A DNA stretch of 64,000 nucleotides. It comes from Flaccisagitta enflata (lineage: Eukaryota). Below the pieces are notes generated by a model. The model was given only the letters and a program-made list of their open reading frames with translations, was not told the origin of the DNA and did not search any database. A program made the position numbers and the translations under genes. Position 1 is the stretch's first letter. The number at the start of each line of letters is the position of its first letter. The DNA lies in NCBI GenBank assembly GCA_965153355.1, contig OZ231126.1, positions 9,982,001-10,046,000 of the forward strand, written 5' to 3'. This document shows, piece by piece, positions 23,116 to 37,800 of the stretch.

Positions 23116-25318
23116 TCAATGTTTTCTTTGGTTGGGACTTTTGACGCTAAAGCTGCTATTCGCTCCTCCACCACCTCCTCCTCCTCCTCCTCCTCCTCCT
23201 CCTCCTCCTCCAACGGCGCCTAGCATCTGCTTCCTCTGCTGCTCCAGCAGGCCTTCGAGATGATCTGCCCGTTTGAGCGCGGCTTGGTATTGTTCTCTCA
23301 TGGAGGCGACGGTCTCTTCTTTTCTCAAGACGGCCGTCTTCACTCGCTGATGGACTTGCTCCAATTCGTCGTCTTTGTCCTGAGAGAAGGGATACGAGTT
23401 ATATGAGGATATCAGAAAAGGGCAAGGGATAGACCCCAACGAAACCTAAGAGGGACAAGGGATAGACGCAAAAGGAACCTAAGAAGGATAAGGAATTAAC
23501 ACAAAAGGAACCTGAGAGGGACAAGGGATAGGGACACAAAAGAAGCCGGAGTAGGACAAAGAATGGACACAAAAGGAACCTTAGAGAGACAAAAGAAACA
23601 CGAGAAGGGCAAGGGATAGACACCTAAGGAATCTGAGAGGGACAAGGAATGGACACAAAAAACACCTGAGAAGGACAAGGAATAGAAACAAAAGGAATCT
23701 GAGAGGGACAAGAGACACAGTAGACAAAAAGAACTAGCAAAGGGCAAGGGATAGACACCAAAGGAGCCTGAGAAGGACAAGGAATGGAAACAGAGGGAAC
23801 CTGAGAGGGAACCTGAGAGGGACAAGGGATAGACACAAAAAGAACCTGATTGGGACAAAGGATAGACACAAAAGGAACCTGAGAAGGCAAGGGATAGACA
23901 CAAAAGGAACCTGAGAGGGGCAAACGATAGACACAAAAGGAACCTGAGAGGGGCAAAGGATAGACACAAAAGGAACCTGAGAGGGACAGGGGATATATTC
24001 TAAAGGGAAAGGAACCGGAGACGGACAAGGAACGAATTAAGGAAGCACAAGAGTAGTCTAGAAAAGGAAAAGTACAGAAAAGAACGGAGCTCAGTCACCT
24101 TGAGTGCTCTGACAACATCATCCCTGGCCTTTTCGATTTCGTGTCGATGTCTGGCCTTCATCTCGCTCATCTCCATCCTGACTCTTTTGGCGTCTTCTTC
24201 GGTGGCGACGATTCGATCGGCGAATTCCTGCCGAATGATTTCGCTGACGTGACTTCGTTCCGTCTTCAGGCGCGTCAAAGCCTCTTCCGCCGTCGATAAC
24301 TCCTCCGTCTTTTGACGCAAAGAAGATTTAATGGCTGAGGAAAAGCGAAATTAGAAAATTAGAATCCAACAAGAACGACGACTGAACGGAAGAGGCGAAG
24401 CAAAATAAATGTAAGCAAAGTAGCAAAGAAGGCAATGAAAGCAAAAGAGTAACAGAGAAATAATCAAAATAACTCTCTACAACATTCACAAGCCCTGCAA
24501 ATCACATGACATTTTCATTCACTCCTTCATTCATTCATCATTCCCTAAATTCTCTCACCTTCGGCGTTGGATTCGACTTCGAGCAGCCTGGTTTTCATTT
24601 CGTTATATTTCTCGAGTGCCGCCTTTTCGCTGGCTTCCAACTCTCCGGCTTCGGCTTGGAACTTGTCTTTAAGCCTCTTGACGCGGTTGTCGGCGGCGCG
24701 TTCCGCTTCTTCCTTGGACGAAGTCATGTCTTCCTCCAACCGAGAAATCACCGCCTCAATCTCAGCGTCACGATCTTTTCGAACCTTCTCCTTCAATTCA
24801 CGCTCTTTGGCGCTCAGCACCTGTGCCAGAGCGGGGAAAATCAGATGAGAATGGTCAAAAAAGCTAATGAGTCACAAATCACAAGCGCAATGATATCAGA
24901 TAGTGAATGTAAAGGAATAGACAATGGCCAAGCGACTAGCGTCGTTCACACACAAGATTCTCACCGACTCTTGCTTCTTCATGATGTTCTCCATCCAGGC
25001 GGTTTTCTCAATGTCGAGTCTTTCTTTCAACTCTTTCAATTCCCTGACGTGTTTTTGTTCTTGCTCCTCTTTGGCCTTTTCGTAGTCGTCGGCGATGGCG
25101 CTGGCGGTCTTCCGGTGAGTCTCTTCCAGCTTGACTTGAATGCGATCCAACTCGGCTCTTTGACGCGCCGCCTGTTCAGACAACCGAGTCTTTTCTTCCT
25201 GAGCCTCAGCGTAAAGACGACGCCGTTGAGTCTCCAAGGCCTGGAGGGAGGAAGAGGTTTTTAAATGGGTGGAAGGGGAGAGGATCATGCATGCGGGGGA
25301 CAATGAAGGATCGAGGGT

Positions 25319-25402
<84 letters not shown>

Positions 25403-25661
25403 GAGAAAGAAAGAAAATAAGAAAGAAAGAAAGAAAGAAAGAAAGAGAGAAAGAAAAAAAGAAAAAAAGAGAGAAAGAAAGATAAAAAGAAAGAAAGAAA
25501 GATAAAAAGAAAGAAAGAGACAGAGCGAGAAAGAGACAGAAGGTAAGAGAGAAAGAGAGAAGGTAAGAGAGAAGGTAAGAGAGAAAGAAAGAAGGTAAGA
25601 GAGAAAGAAAGAAGGTGAGAGAGAAAGAAAGAAGGTGAGAGAGAAAGAAAGAAGGTAAGAG

Positions 25662-25716
<55 letters not shown>

Positions 25717-25776
25717 AAAGACTGAAAGAAAGAGAGAAAGAGAGAAAGAAATAAGGTAAGAGAGAAAGAAGGAAAG

Positions 25777-25827
<51 letters not shown>

Positions 25828-28800
25828 ATATCGTCGTGCCAAACCTTCATCTCTTCATCGAGCTGGCGGTCGAACTTCTGTTGCGCCAATTCCCTCTCCC
25901 TGACGAGGGATTTGTCCTTCTCCTGCGTGAGTTGTTCTCTCAATTCTTCCACCGCGGAAACGTATTTCGCGGCTGCGCGTTCGTCGGCAGCCAGCAACTC
26001 GGCCTCGTGCAACGATTTCACCTGACAGGAAGTAATCGTCAAGACACACACATACACCCCGCTATGCCGGTCCCAAGAGTAATGGGAAAAGATTAGTTGC
26101 TTGTATGTTTATGCCACCTGCAAACCGCTTCCTCACTCCAAAGCTGCTTCCTCACTCAAAAGCTGCTTCCACACTCAAACGCGACTTCCTCACCTTTACC
26201 CCCTCTCCCAATCACCTTTTTCACTTCGGCTTTATGCCTGGCGATGAGTTTCTGTATTTCGGGTTCGAGTCCTCTGACGGTGATTTCTTTTATTTTCTTC
26301 GTCTTTTCTTCCACCCATTTTTCCCGCCTCATTTTCTCGGCGGCTTGAAACAGTTCTTTGGCCTTTTGCATTTCCACGTGATGTCCGTTTTTCATTTCTT
26401 CCGATTTTTGAGCGAATTTCTTCTCCATTTTCTTGAGTTGTTCCACCAAAGACTCGCATTTTTCGCCCAATGCCTGTGATAAGATGAATGAGTCGTATTA
26501 ACAATGTGGAATTTGCGTTGGCGAATTCAAGTATTACATATCCATCTATCCATCTCTCCATCATAGGTCTGGTAATCCGGTCATAGACCTTGATAAGAAG
26601 AGATATGCTAAAAAGGGGCACATTATGTCCGTTTAGCTCGTCGCATAGATGAGGGCGGAAGATGCTGCAGATGGCAGGCCTGTATATTGTTCCGTATTCC
26701 CCCCCCCCGGTGGGGGGGGGAAAATAATCAAAGGGTTTGAAGAAAGGGAAGGAAAAGGAAGGAGGAAAAAAGAGAAAAAAAAGAAAACTTGGGGAAAATA
26801 TAACTTTTGGCAGCACAAAATCATAAAACATGATAAGTTAAACACAATTTAACACTATTTAAACCTTAAACACCCAGTTTTAGTGGTTTATGGGGAAGAA
26901 AAACATTGATTTAGTAACGCGATGCGATGCATCGCGGGGAAGAAAATCAAAGGCAGGGGGGGGAAAATAATCAAAGGTTATGGAATTATATACACCCCTG
27001 GCAGATGGCGCTGCAGATGACGGAGGAATCTGCAGATAGTTGCAGCAGAAGATATGAAGACGGTCTCTGCTCTTGATGAGCCTCTGTACAGACTCTGGAA
27101 GACTGTCATGCATAAGAAACGATGGTCCCTTTGGGCCTAGAATATGGACATTGATGGTGGTGTGCCAATGACAACGATGGCATGCCGCGCTTTACGTATG
27201 ATTCGTAGTGCATTTATTGTTATTTCTCTCTGTGTGCAAAAGAATATCACGTTTATATATGTCTTAATGCTTTCTTTGCTTGATTATGATAGGAAAGGTG
27301 ATATGATTAGGGTTAGTTTGGCTACTGTATCCATATGCAATGGTCCCTTATTTATATGAGAGTATTCATCCCATCAAGCTCCAGGTCATTCACTTGCTGA
27401 AGAAGGATATGAGCGAGCCAGGAACTCGGGACTGCTCAAATGCGTTATAAATTACGCCCACGAGTTTCAACTGGCACTGTCTATGAGCGTCTATCTGACT
27501 GACGACTTGTGGTGAAAGAAAGTTGGCCGATTGGAAAATAGGAAGGCGATCGTCTCGTTTATTCCATAAAAATTTCAACAACTGAAGAGAGGGGGAAAAA
27601 TGAAAGGGAAAGTGGGCGTTAATTGTGATCAGCAAACGCAAAAGATAACATGAAATCGAGATAGGACACAATAAAGGACAGAAACAGCACATGACAACAT
27701 GTTCATCTTCTTCAGAGCCCATGCCACCTGATAATACCTGCCCCTGCCCCGGCCCATCCCATTAAATTCATCCATATCATCCCTATAGCAAGCTGATCGG
27801 ACAAGCGATAAAAACCATACTAAAATCCGGCGATAAAAATGCAAAAGGGCAAAAGACAAAAATAACAGACCGGAAAACAAGATAAAAACAACATTAATAA
27901 AAGCAGAAACGCGTCTATAAAACTTACTTTTAGGCCCACTTTCGTTGGTTTCAACCCACAGTCTGTCGATGTCAAATTAACGTTAATTGTCGTTCATTAG
28001 TTTATCTGCAATAAAAGATGAGAGATTATGAAATTAGTGAGTTCCAAGGGCGCATTCATGATCATAAAAATCAATCAATCACTTTAAGAAGCGATGCCGT
28101 AAATAAATAAAATCAATCAATCCAAAATTGGATGATACGAAAGACGAGTTACGTATATTTGCCTACGTAGTAAAAACAAATGGCACAAAATCAGAGGCGC
28201 AACCATATGGTTACCCATCTAGCGTTCAATATAAAAAATGGCAAGAAACAAAAGACACGGGCATCGAATAGTAGAGAAAGAGAAAAGCCAAAAGCACGCA
28301 AAAGAGACAGAAGGCACACACACCTAAGAGACAGACAGACATACATTTCTAACATTCTGCCCCATTTTTTGGAATTTCGAATTTCAAAATCCGACACCTA
28401 GTTTCCAGTCGGGGAAACCCTACTAAAAAAACCGATACTACCTTCCTTAAAAAAAATTTACAGGACCTTGCCCCTCCCCCGTCCACCGCCTCACATCCCC
28501 ACCCTAACTATCAACAGATCGACGACTGCGAATGATGATTCCTGTCCGGAAAGGATCCACCACCAGCAAATTTGCAACGTCAATGACGACGCGGATGGAG
28601 CGAGGCGACAGGAGGTTGAGGCGCCCGCTCTGAAAAAGTTAGGGAAGGGGGGAAAGGGAACGGGTCTAGGAGCACTCCAGGCCTGGGATTTGACTTGAGA
28701 GTGAAAAAGATAAGTGGGGGCATACTATTAAACATGTCATACGAAAGTATTCGTAATAGTGACTAAAAAGACCATGTCTAAAACAAACACAACAAAAATG

Positions 28801-31800
28801 TACATGTTCCAAAGAACCAAACAAAACAAGACAAAATTAAATAAATTACTAACTATATAATAAAACGAATCTGTTAAATGAAAGAAAAATTAGTAAGCAT
28901 CATGGAACGACCACATCACCTGCGCCTTCTCCATTACAGAGACGAGCGGGTCATTCCGGCTCCAACATCTCGTCAACTCGTGGGCGAAAGGCGATGAGTG
29001 ATGTCGTCGACGGCGACCGCATCGAAAGGCGCAGGTGGTGCAGCCGTCTGAGAGTGAATCCTCCCCGAAGGGAAGGAAAAGAAAGAGAAAGAACAGGGGC
29101 AGATTGATTAGTAAAGTTCTTATCGTACACAGATTCAAATTTACAACAAAAAAACTCAACCTCAACCCCCAAACCATGATACTTACGGGCGTTGCCAGGC
29201 AGGCGGAGCTATTCCCCACGCCCCGTAGCGCCCCGACGCGGCCTGTCCATCGATGGGATGAGGATGTGATGGTGGAATACGATCCTCAGCGAATGGCGGC
29301 GCTCTCCACGCCATGTTGCAAATTGGTAGTTAAATTGAACAGCAACTGGGCGTGGCACCAATCAGCGTTTAGCTGGCGGTCTGATTTTTCCAAGGCCTGG
29401 TTCGATTTTTCTTATTCCCAGGCTTGGGAGCGTCTTTTTGCGACGGGATCTGCTGACCGACTTTTTCTGCTGGAGAAGACGCAGGAGGTGGAGATGCTGC
29501 ATCGCAACTCGGCGCCAGTCGAAATTTCGGACGTACAGCGGACGCAATTTTAAAGTGCTTAACCTTTAGCGTTCCACGCTTCCTCTTTCTTCTTAGCCTT
29601 CATCGCAGAGGCCTGCTTCTCCTTTTCAAGCTGCTTCTCCAGTTCCACGACTCGCTTATTGCCTTTGACCACCTCATTGTCCGCAGCCATTGCTGCTCGA
29701 CGAGCATCGTCTCTCTCCTTTTGGATGTTGCGACGAATCCTCTCGTCTAAGACTTGACGAGCCGCTTCAACTCGTTGACGCGGCGGAAGCGACGCGAAGA
29801 AGTCTTTTGGAAGCCTGGATGCTAAATTCTTCACCACCCCCAATGGAGCATTTGAGGTCAGTGAAGAGGCTTCTCGTAGCAATGACTCGGCGATGTGGTG
29901 TCCATGCGCAGGATCAAAGGCTGGATCCGACGGGGGAGGCGGGTTCTGCACTTGCTGCAGACCTTGGGCAGACTCGGTTTGCTGACGAGGCGCTACACCA
30001 GCTTTAACAGATGCTGAAGCACCGCCAACTAGTTCGCTTCCTACCGCTGCTTTTGATGGCTGCGAGTGAAAGGAAGACGCTCCCGTCTGCTGACCAGAGA
30101 CTTGAGGTTTAACAGCGGACGCCGAGGCACCGCAAGTAGAACCTCCTTGGTTTGCTTCAGCAGCCAGCTTGGTCTTCCCCTTTGCTGCCCCGCTGCCCAG
30201 GCGCCTGATCCAGCTTCTGGGTTGCTGCCAACGTTGCCGTCGACGAACCGCTTGAAGCTTCTCCTTGGCCTTTGGGCGTTACTGCTGCAGGGGGCGCGCC
30301 TGGAGGCGCTTGAAGGGGGCCTTTGCTTTTGGAATTTGGCCCTTTTTGTTGACTCGGCACATTGCGCGTTTGTGGAGTCTTTCCCCGACGTGATCTCTTC
30401 GACTGTTGTGAGGGAGTGACGTCACGAGGACCCTGTTGCTGCTGATTTGGGGGATGAACCAATCCAGGGCGCGATTGACGACTTCCTGATGCTGTAGAGT
30501 GAATTGCCGCTGATGTAGCTGCGGCTGCGTCGAGCACGAATACCGCTGGTGGAGTTGCGGAAGCGTCGACGGAAGTTGCACCAGGAGGCTTCGGAGCCGC
30601 ATTCTTCCTCTTCGTCGCCTGGACCATGCGACGAACCTCCTTATCATGCTCCCTCCTTCTCTTATTGCTTTGGATTTTGCGCTCCAGAGTCTCCGAGCCA
30701 AGCTCTGTTTGATTAGCCGATGAGCGCATGAGAGTTTGTTTGTTGCAGCATACCGAAAGTTTTTCAAACTCTTTGAAGAGGAGAGATACTTCGACGTCCG
30801 GGCTGATGATACGATACCACCAACGCGCCTGCATCCGTTGGTGTTTCTCTTCCGGCGTCGCAGTGTCCACTTCCGGGTCAATGCCTTTCTCCACCACCTC
30901 CCCATTCACCAACACCTCCTCCTCTATTTCCATCCCCTCCTCCTCCACTCTTGCTCCATCATTGACCGATCTCTCTCTCTCTTCGCCCCCGCTGCGTTGA
31001 CGTGCAGCTGCAGACGCTTGATCACGAGACGCTGGGCGACCGAAATCAAGGCAAAATTGGCGAGGCGATGGGGGCAAATCCGATGATGATGACGCCGCCG
31101 CGGAAGTGGTGGATAAGTCCGTCGGCGGCCGATTGATCGAAATCCGCCTCGAACCTCCATCTCTGATGACCACCAATGGAGAAAGCGACTTGAGATCATG
31201 ACGTTATTGTGATTCAACGCATCATCTTGTTGACGCTTTTATTCGCCATTTTGCGTCGACGGAAGGAAGGTCGCCATTGAAGGCTGCCAACGCGACAGCC
31301 TCCTCCTCCGCCCCGAACGACGTCGTGGATGCAGATCCCTCTCGAGTCGAGCCGTCGTTGAAGAGTCGATGAAGATCCAAGGATCCGTACGACGTCGACA
31401 CGTCGGCTTCTGCCTCGAGACGCTGCTGACGGGACATCTTGACTCCGACGAGCGACTTCAAGATGCGAACTGACTTCGTAGATGGAATGACGTCGTCAGC
31501 GGAAGCTTTGAAATGTTCGTTTGAGAACTGATAATGGTAAGAACGGATTTGGCACAATAATATGTACATATAGACAGAGCGAATGAATCAGTGTTTTGAT
31601 GTGTAAGTGGAAATGGACAACATAATTGACAAGAGGAAAGATGAAAGCATGGATAATCAGAACCAAATATGAATAATAACAACTCTTTGTAAATATAACA
31701 AGTCAGAGTATCAATCACTCATATCTATAGTTACTAATGGACAGGCCCATGCGCCTTTTTCTCTCTCTCTCAAAACTTAGCGTTTTTTATGAGTCCAATT

Positions 31801-34800
31801 CCAGCCGCACGAGCTTCGTGCGGTCTTTCGTCACGATCTTCATCTTGGCGCCGGATGTGAGCCCTCCGGACATGGGCTGACGAACCCTCGGCGCCATGAC
31901 ACGTCCTAAGCTCCAATTGTGGCAGGTAGCGTTCGTCCATGACGATGACCATGTCATCAACCGCAAAGTCTCTCTTGGATCTCGACCATTTGCTTCGCGA
32001 TGAAGAAGCTATAAATATTGACCCTCCACGATTTCCAAAATGCATCCACACGCGATTGCGCACGCCTCCATTGAATCTTCGCGGAGTCGGCGTCAGAATT
32101 GACGCCTTGTTGCACCAGATCTAGAGGGGCATGGCCGGATGTTGATGGATTGAGGATATGATTCGGTGTAAGGGCCTCAGAGTCATTTGGATCATCGCTG
32201 AGCGCTGTCAGAGGACGGCGATTGAGAATTCCTTCAACTTCGACGACGGCAGTGTTGAAGGCATCGACGTGGAGGATGGCGCCAGTTGAGATGGAAGCAA
32301 GATGGCGCTTAAAGAGAGCGACGATTCTCTCCCACACCCCTCCATAGTGGGGTGTTCTCGGCGTGATAAAATCCCACGAAGAACGCGCCGCTGCAATTCG
32401 GGAGTTGACGAGCGGTTCCAAGCTTCCATTTCTTCTTGAGGATGTTGTTGCGCCGACTAGATTCGTTCCACAATCTGATGTGAAACGGCGGATTCCTGGG
32501 CGCCTTGCTGCAAAGCGGATGATTGCGTTACCATCGCATCGGCTGACATGTTGAAGAGCAATTCCACATGGACGGCGCGTGACACGAAACAGGTGAACAC
32601 TGCGATCCACACCTTGTGATCAGCACGCCCGTTCATTTTTACCATGAAGTGCCCCATGACGTCCAATCCGGTCTCTGCAAAGACAGGCGCCGGATTGACG
32701 CGATTTGATGGAAGATTGGCCATTTGCTGATTTGCGTTCTTTTTAAAGTTCTTCTGGCATCTAAAGCACGTGTTGACGACGCTCTTGACGGCCTGAAGAC
32801 CTTTTGTAATCCACACAAATTGGCGTAATTGGCACAATGTATGCTTTGCACCCGCGTGAAAATCATTATGATGATAATGGCGAATTAATGATTTCACATT
32901 CTCGTCTTTTGGCGGCAGGATAAAGGGAAATTTAGCGTCGTGAGATATGTCGGCATTCTCCAATCGACTGCCGACGCGAAGGATGCCGTCGTCGTCGACG
33001 AAAGGGTTCAACTTCCGCATCTCCTTGTTCTTTATGATAAAGTCACGACGGCTCTCTGGCTTGAAAACTTTTCCCAATTCCAATTGTTCGAAGACGTCAG
33101 AATAATGCTGCCGCTGCATTGACTTGACGAGCCGTTTGCGCGCCTCCTCCACGACGTCTTGCGTCACTTCCGGTTTGGGAAGGAGATCTTTTGTTGCTCG
33201 TGTCTTCGCCCTTGGATACGCTCTCCACCTTTTGACTGCGATGAGAACCATGCCGATAATCCGCAATTTCTGCATCCATTTTCCCCGAGAAGCGGCTGCA
33301 AGAAGTATCGCGTCAGCCACTTGTTTCTTTTCACTCTCAGCCGCATACAGAGCGGCGACCTGTGCAGAAATAGGGCACGTCGCGATGTTCGTCTTTGGCC
33401 ATTGATCTTCGGGAAGACGCAAAAATGCAGGGCCTTGATGGAATTGACGCCATTTTTTCAGCTCATGGGCCTGGATGCCTCTGCTACAGTGATCCGCCGG
33501 GTTGTTTGACGAGTCAACCCAGCGCCACTGTTGAGGATCAGACCCACTATGGATCTTGGAGAGACGATTGGCGAAGAATACAGGCCTCGGTTTTGCCGGA
33601 TTGTAAATCATCTTCAGTGCAGATTCAGAGTCGGACCAAAATCTGACGACAAGATTGTCCAAGTTGATGGTCCTTCCGACCCAAGCGTTTGAGCTGCACT
33701 GCTTTTCTGCGGATACAATCTCGCAGTGGAACGCTGTTATGATGAGAGGCGCGTTTTGGATTGAGAGGAATGACGTGAGATTTGGAGGCGATGAATGAAA
33801 TGTGAACATCTCCATCTCGGTTGACTTGACGTCGATATGCAACTGCTCCATATCCGCCTTTTGGAGCTGCATCGCAAAATAACTCGATTGTTACTTCCGC
33901 AATGTCGCTATTGTCGACGCCGCCATTCCACCAGCGTTCAATTCGATATTGTTGTAGAAGAGGCCAAGATGAAGTATAGCGGAAGAAAGATTCCTCAACG
34001 CTCTCTTCCAAGGGCGAATCCCATCCCACTTCCTGTGGACGACAGAGTTGAAGATGACGTCTGCCGATGTATGCGCTTGGACTCCAAAACCCAATGGATC
34101 GTAAAGTTTCGCTTGCATAGAGACCAATTGACGAGGTGTTTTTGCTCTAAGAGTTTTGAATTCTTCGTCGCAGATGAAAATAAAGACGTCTTCCGCCGGA
34201 AGCCATGAGACGCCCAACACCTTCGTCGGCGCATCATCTTGCTTATCTGAAATGGGGATTGGCACATTTGGATCTCCATCCATCAATTGCCGCGCATTGC
34301 TCTTCCACTTCACAAGATCCATCCGCCTTCCGCCATCGCCGCCACTGAATCCACCTTTAGTTGCAGTGCTTCGTCCCCCACCCCCACTTCCGTCGTCGAC
34401 GTAAAAACCATAGCGAATAAGATCGTAGACGTTGTAGGGGTATTTGGGCCGGATTACTTCAGCATGCTTTCTGACGGTGAAAGATGTGACGAATGAGCTG
34501 GATTGGCTGCCGAAGACGTGTGATAAAAACAGATTCAAAATTGCTTCTCGAAGAGTGCGGTCCTTGAACCAAAAGAATCTGAATAAATCAGCGTCGTCAG
34601 GATGGACGCGATTTGGTGAAAAACGCCTTTATATCACACATAAAGGCGATTTTCACTGACGAAAACATGAGGATGTCCATCAGGCTATTCATCAAATTTG
34701 GGCCTCCGACGAGCAAATCGTTGAGGTGAGATCCGTGGTCGCCGCACGCGCATCGTGACATACGCGCGTTTTCCCGCACTTCGACAATATGAAGCGGCAA

Positions 34801-37800
34801 GTACCAGCGCGGCTTCTCAATGCCGTCGCCGTCTCGACGTTGTCAATCTCACCGCCACTCCCGCCTCGTAAAACTTTCTCGATTTCACGGAAGACTCTTT
34901 CTTTGAAGGCTGGATCACGCTTAAAAACGTTGTTGCCGAGTCGCTTCGCAGTCGGTCGTGATTTTCACTCTTCTCAGAATCTCCATGATTTTTTTCATGA
35001 TGAAATTTCCATGTGACGGGAGCAAAGTACTTTTTCACAATTGGGCAAAAATATGTCTTTTCCTCTAACGTTTTGCACGCTCTGACATTTTCAAGGAATC
35101 ACCCATCTCCTCTTGAGAGACGATTGATGATGCAAAGTCATGGTAGAAGATGCGGTCGATGTTGCTGTTGAGGACGCGATTGTCGAGGATGCGATCGATG
35201 TTATCGTGAGGACGCGGTCATCCGTCGCGATAGCGTTGACGCAATATCTCGTCCTCTTGCCCGTTTTTCCACATACAGTCCAACCGAATAGACATCTGAA
35301 GCAAGTCAAAGATCCTAAAGGCCCTCGACGGATTTCTTGAGCGACGGCGGCATCCGCATGCGCCGCTCCGATGATCATCATCACACCGCCTTCAGCTTCT
35401 GGAAATTTTACGCCTTCGATGTGAGGTTGGTCAGATAGGTCGCGGAGAAAGAGGAAGGAATATCGCGTTCACTGTTAACAAATCACCCACCAATAATACG
35501 CTGATGTCGACGACGTATTCCTCGTCGACCGATTGCATGGTGAATGATGCGATGAAACGATCCTCAACAACATGACTTCCCACAGTAATCACCGTCATTT
35601 GCACTGTTTTTGTTGGAATCAGAAGACTGCGAATGACGCTGGTACTGATCACGTCGCGATCAGCGCCTGAGTCGATCATGCCTGTCCTCTGCACCAAGAA
35701 TTGTTTAAGATAGTCACTGGAACGATCGGACGGACACGCCGTGTCGAATGAAGAGACAGACCGCGGCGTCCCGCCAGTCATGCCGCGGCGTTAGGAGAGA
35801 TGATTTCCGTTGGATTGGCTGCCTCCGCTGCCGACGGAGCTGTTGGTGCTGCTGCAGCATCCTCTGACTTTTTGAAGGGAGCCAGCGGTACTTTATTTCC
35901 CTGCTTGTTTTCTCCTTTCTTCTCTTCCTTTTCTTCTTTCTTGTAGGTGCGCCCGTGGAGAATCGTCGCGTGCCGCTTCTTGCAGGTTTGGCAAGTCGGT
36001 CTGTTCACGCATCCTTTGGCGTTGTGTCCTGGCGTGAGACAGTGGAAGCAAAGACGACGAGACATGATCTTTTGAACTCTCGCGTCCACTTCCAACTCTA
36101 ATAGTTGATGACAGTTTTCCGTTTGATGCATTCCACTGCAGACGTTGTAGCGGTCCGTCGACTGCGTCTTTTGCTTGCCATTGGTCAAAGCATCTTCATA
36201 TGATGATGGCGCTTCTTTCTCTGTAGTTGCGACTGCTGCCACTGATGCTGTTTTGCAGCTTGCGCCTTTGTTGCGCTGAATCACCGCCCATGTCTCGATC
36301 ATATTGACCAAGTTGTCGAATGAAAACAATTGTCCATTTAGGGCTGCTTCATGCTGCTTTTCCCAGAATTTATCTGCAAGATGAGGGACCCTCTTGTTGA
36401 GGATCTCTTGCAGCAGCTCGTCACGATAGCATTGTTGCACTTCTCCACAGGTCCTCGCAATCTTCTTTGCCTTTTGCAACCTTGCAGACAAATTGAAATG
36501 CCTTGCATGGTCGGCCGACTGGATCTTCGCCTCCGCGACGATTTCGTTGAACAGCGCCGCAATGTTGCAGCGCCTTGCCATAAAGACGACGTCCATTTTT
36601 GCGAAGGCGTCGTCAATCTCTCCTCTTGCTGTCGCTTCAGTTGCATCAATCGTCGCAGTTTCAATGATCTCTTTTGCCGGACCAGCAAACCACTTAGGCA
36701 ATTCCAATAAGATATCCATTTGCGTCAAGCCTTCATGCTTTTCAGCATCTTTAAACTTCCTCTTCCACATCATAAAGTCAGTGGATGAAAGCTCCTGCAG
36801 AGGCTTCTCGTCTTGTCTCTCCTCCAACGCTTTGAGGCCGACCTCCCTTGCTCGCATGAGATCATTGTACGTCGCTCTTTCCAAAAACCTGTCCAGAGCC
36901 GGATTGTTGGGCATCTGAACGTGGACTTCCGGTTGACGGGCTACTTGATGATGCTCCACTTGATGATACGCTGGGGGTTGTTGGACGAAGGCGTATTGAC
37001 CCCCGACTTTCACCGGAGATCTCTTTTTGGTGGTTTTAACGCTCCACCCCACTTCCTCTTGCTGATTCACTTGTTGTTGACGATCATCTTGATGGAATCG
37101 GGGAGCATCAAAATCTTGGCGGACGTACTGTCGCTGTTGTTGTTCTTCTTTTCGTTGTTTTTCTTCGGCAAGGTCAAAGTCTCTCTGCTGAATCTGCATC
37201 TTCAAACTATCCACTTCTTGCTGCAAACGTTGATTCTGCTGGATGACTTCCGCTTGAGGCGTTACTAGAGGCGCTTGCGCTACTTTCGGCGCCTTCGGCT
37301 GCAATCCATTCGTTGTCTTCTTTGGAGCGACTTTTCTTCTCTCTTTATCTTGCAGCTGTTGTGCCAACTTCGCGTCAGCGGCCTCCTGCTTCTGCCTCCT
37401 GCGCATCGCTTCCGTTGCATCACCTCCGCTTCCGGCTGTGTTGAAGACCTTTTCCTCTTGATGGGGAAGACCAGTCTCCCTTCTAGCAGAGCCAATCTGC
37501 TTCTCGAAGATCACTTCCGGTGCGGTAGGGAGAATCGTTGCTGCTGGGGCTTGATGATGCTGATCCTGATGCTGTTGCTGTTGTTGAAGCCGTTGCCGCT
37601 GCCACTGTTGATGTTGAAGCTGCTGTTGCTGGTCAGACGCTGTTGCTGTTCATTCTGCCGCTAGACGCTGACGTTTCTGCTGCCTGCTCCACTGTTGCTG
37701 CTGCTGCATCGGCTGCTTGACGGACGTTTCCACTGACTGCACATGACGTTGCTGTATGTTCGAATTGAACAATCCCGGATTGAAGTTTCTGAAGATAGAT

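Noticed and set aside
23420-23995. CRISPR-like array
   Set aside because: Head-to-tail degenerate minisatellite without unique spacers, in a eukaryotic intron, with no cas genes.
25206-26057. Long F/L/S-rich or K/E/R-rich ORFs (also 50863-51661 and 11710-12214)
   Set aside because: They are translations of (GAAA)n/(GA)n microsatellites.
28890-31437. Calling the BEL accessory region an env gene
   Set aside because: No signal peptide, fusion peptide or transmembrane anchor is visible.
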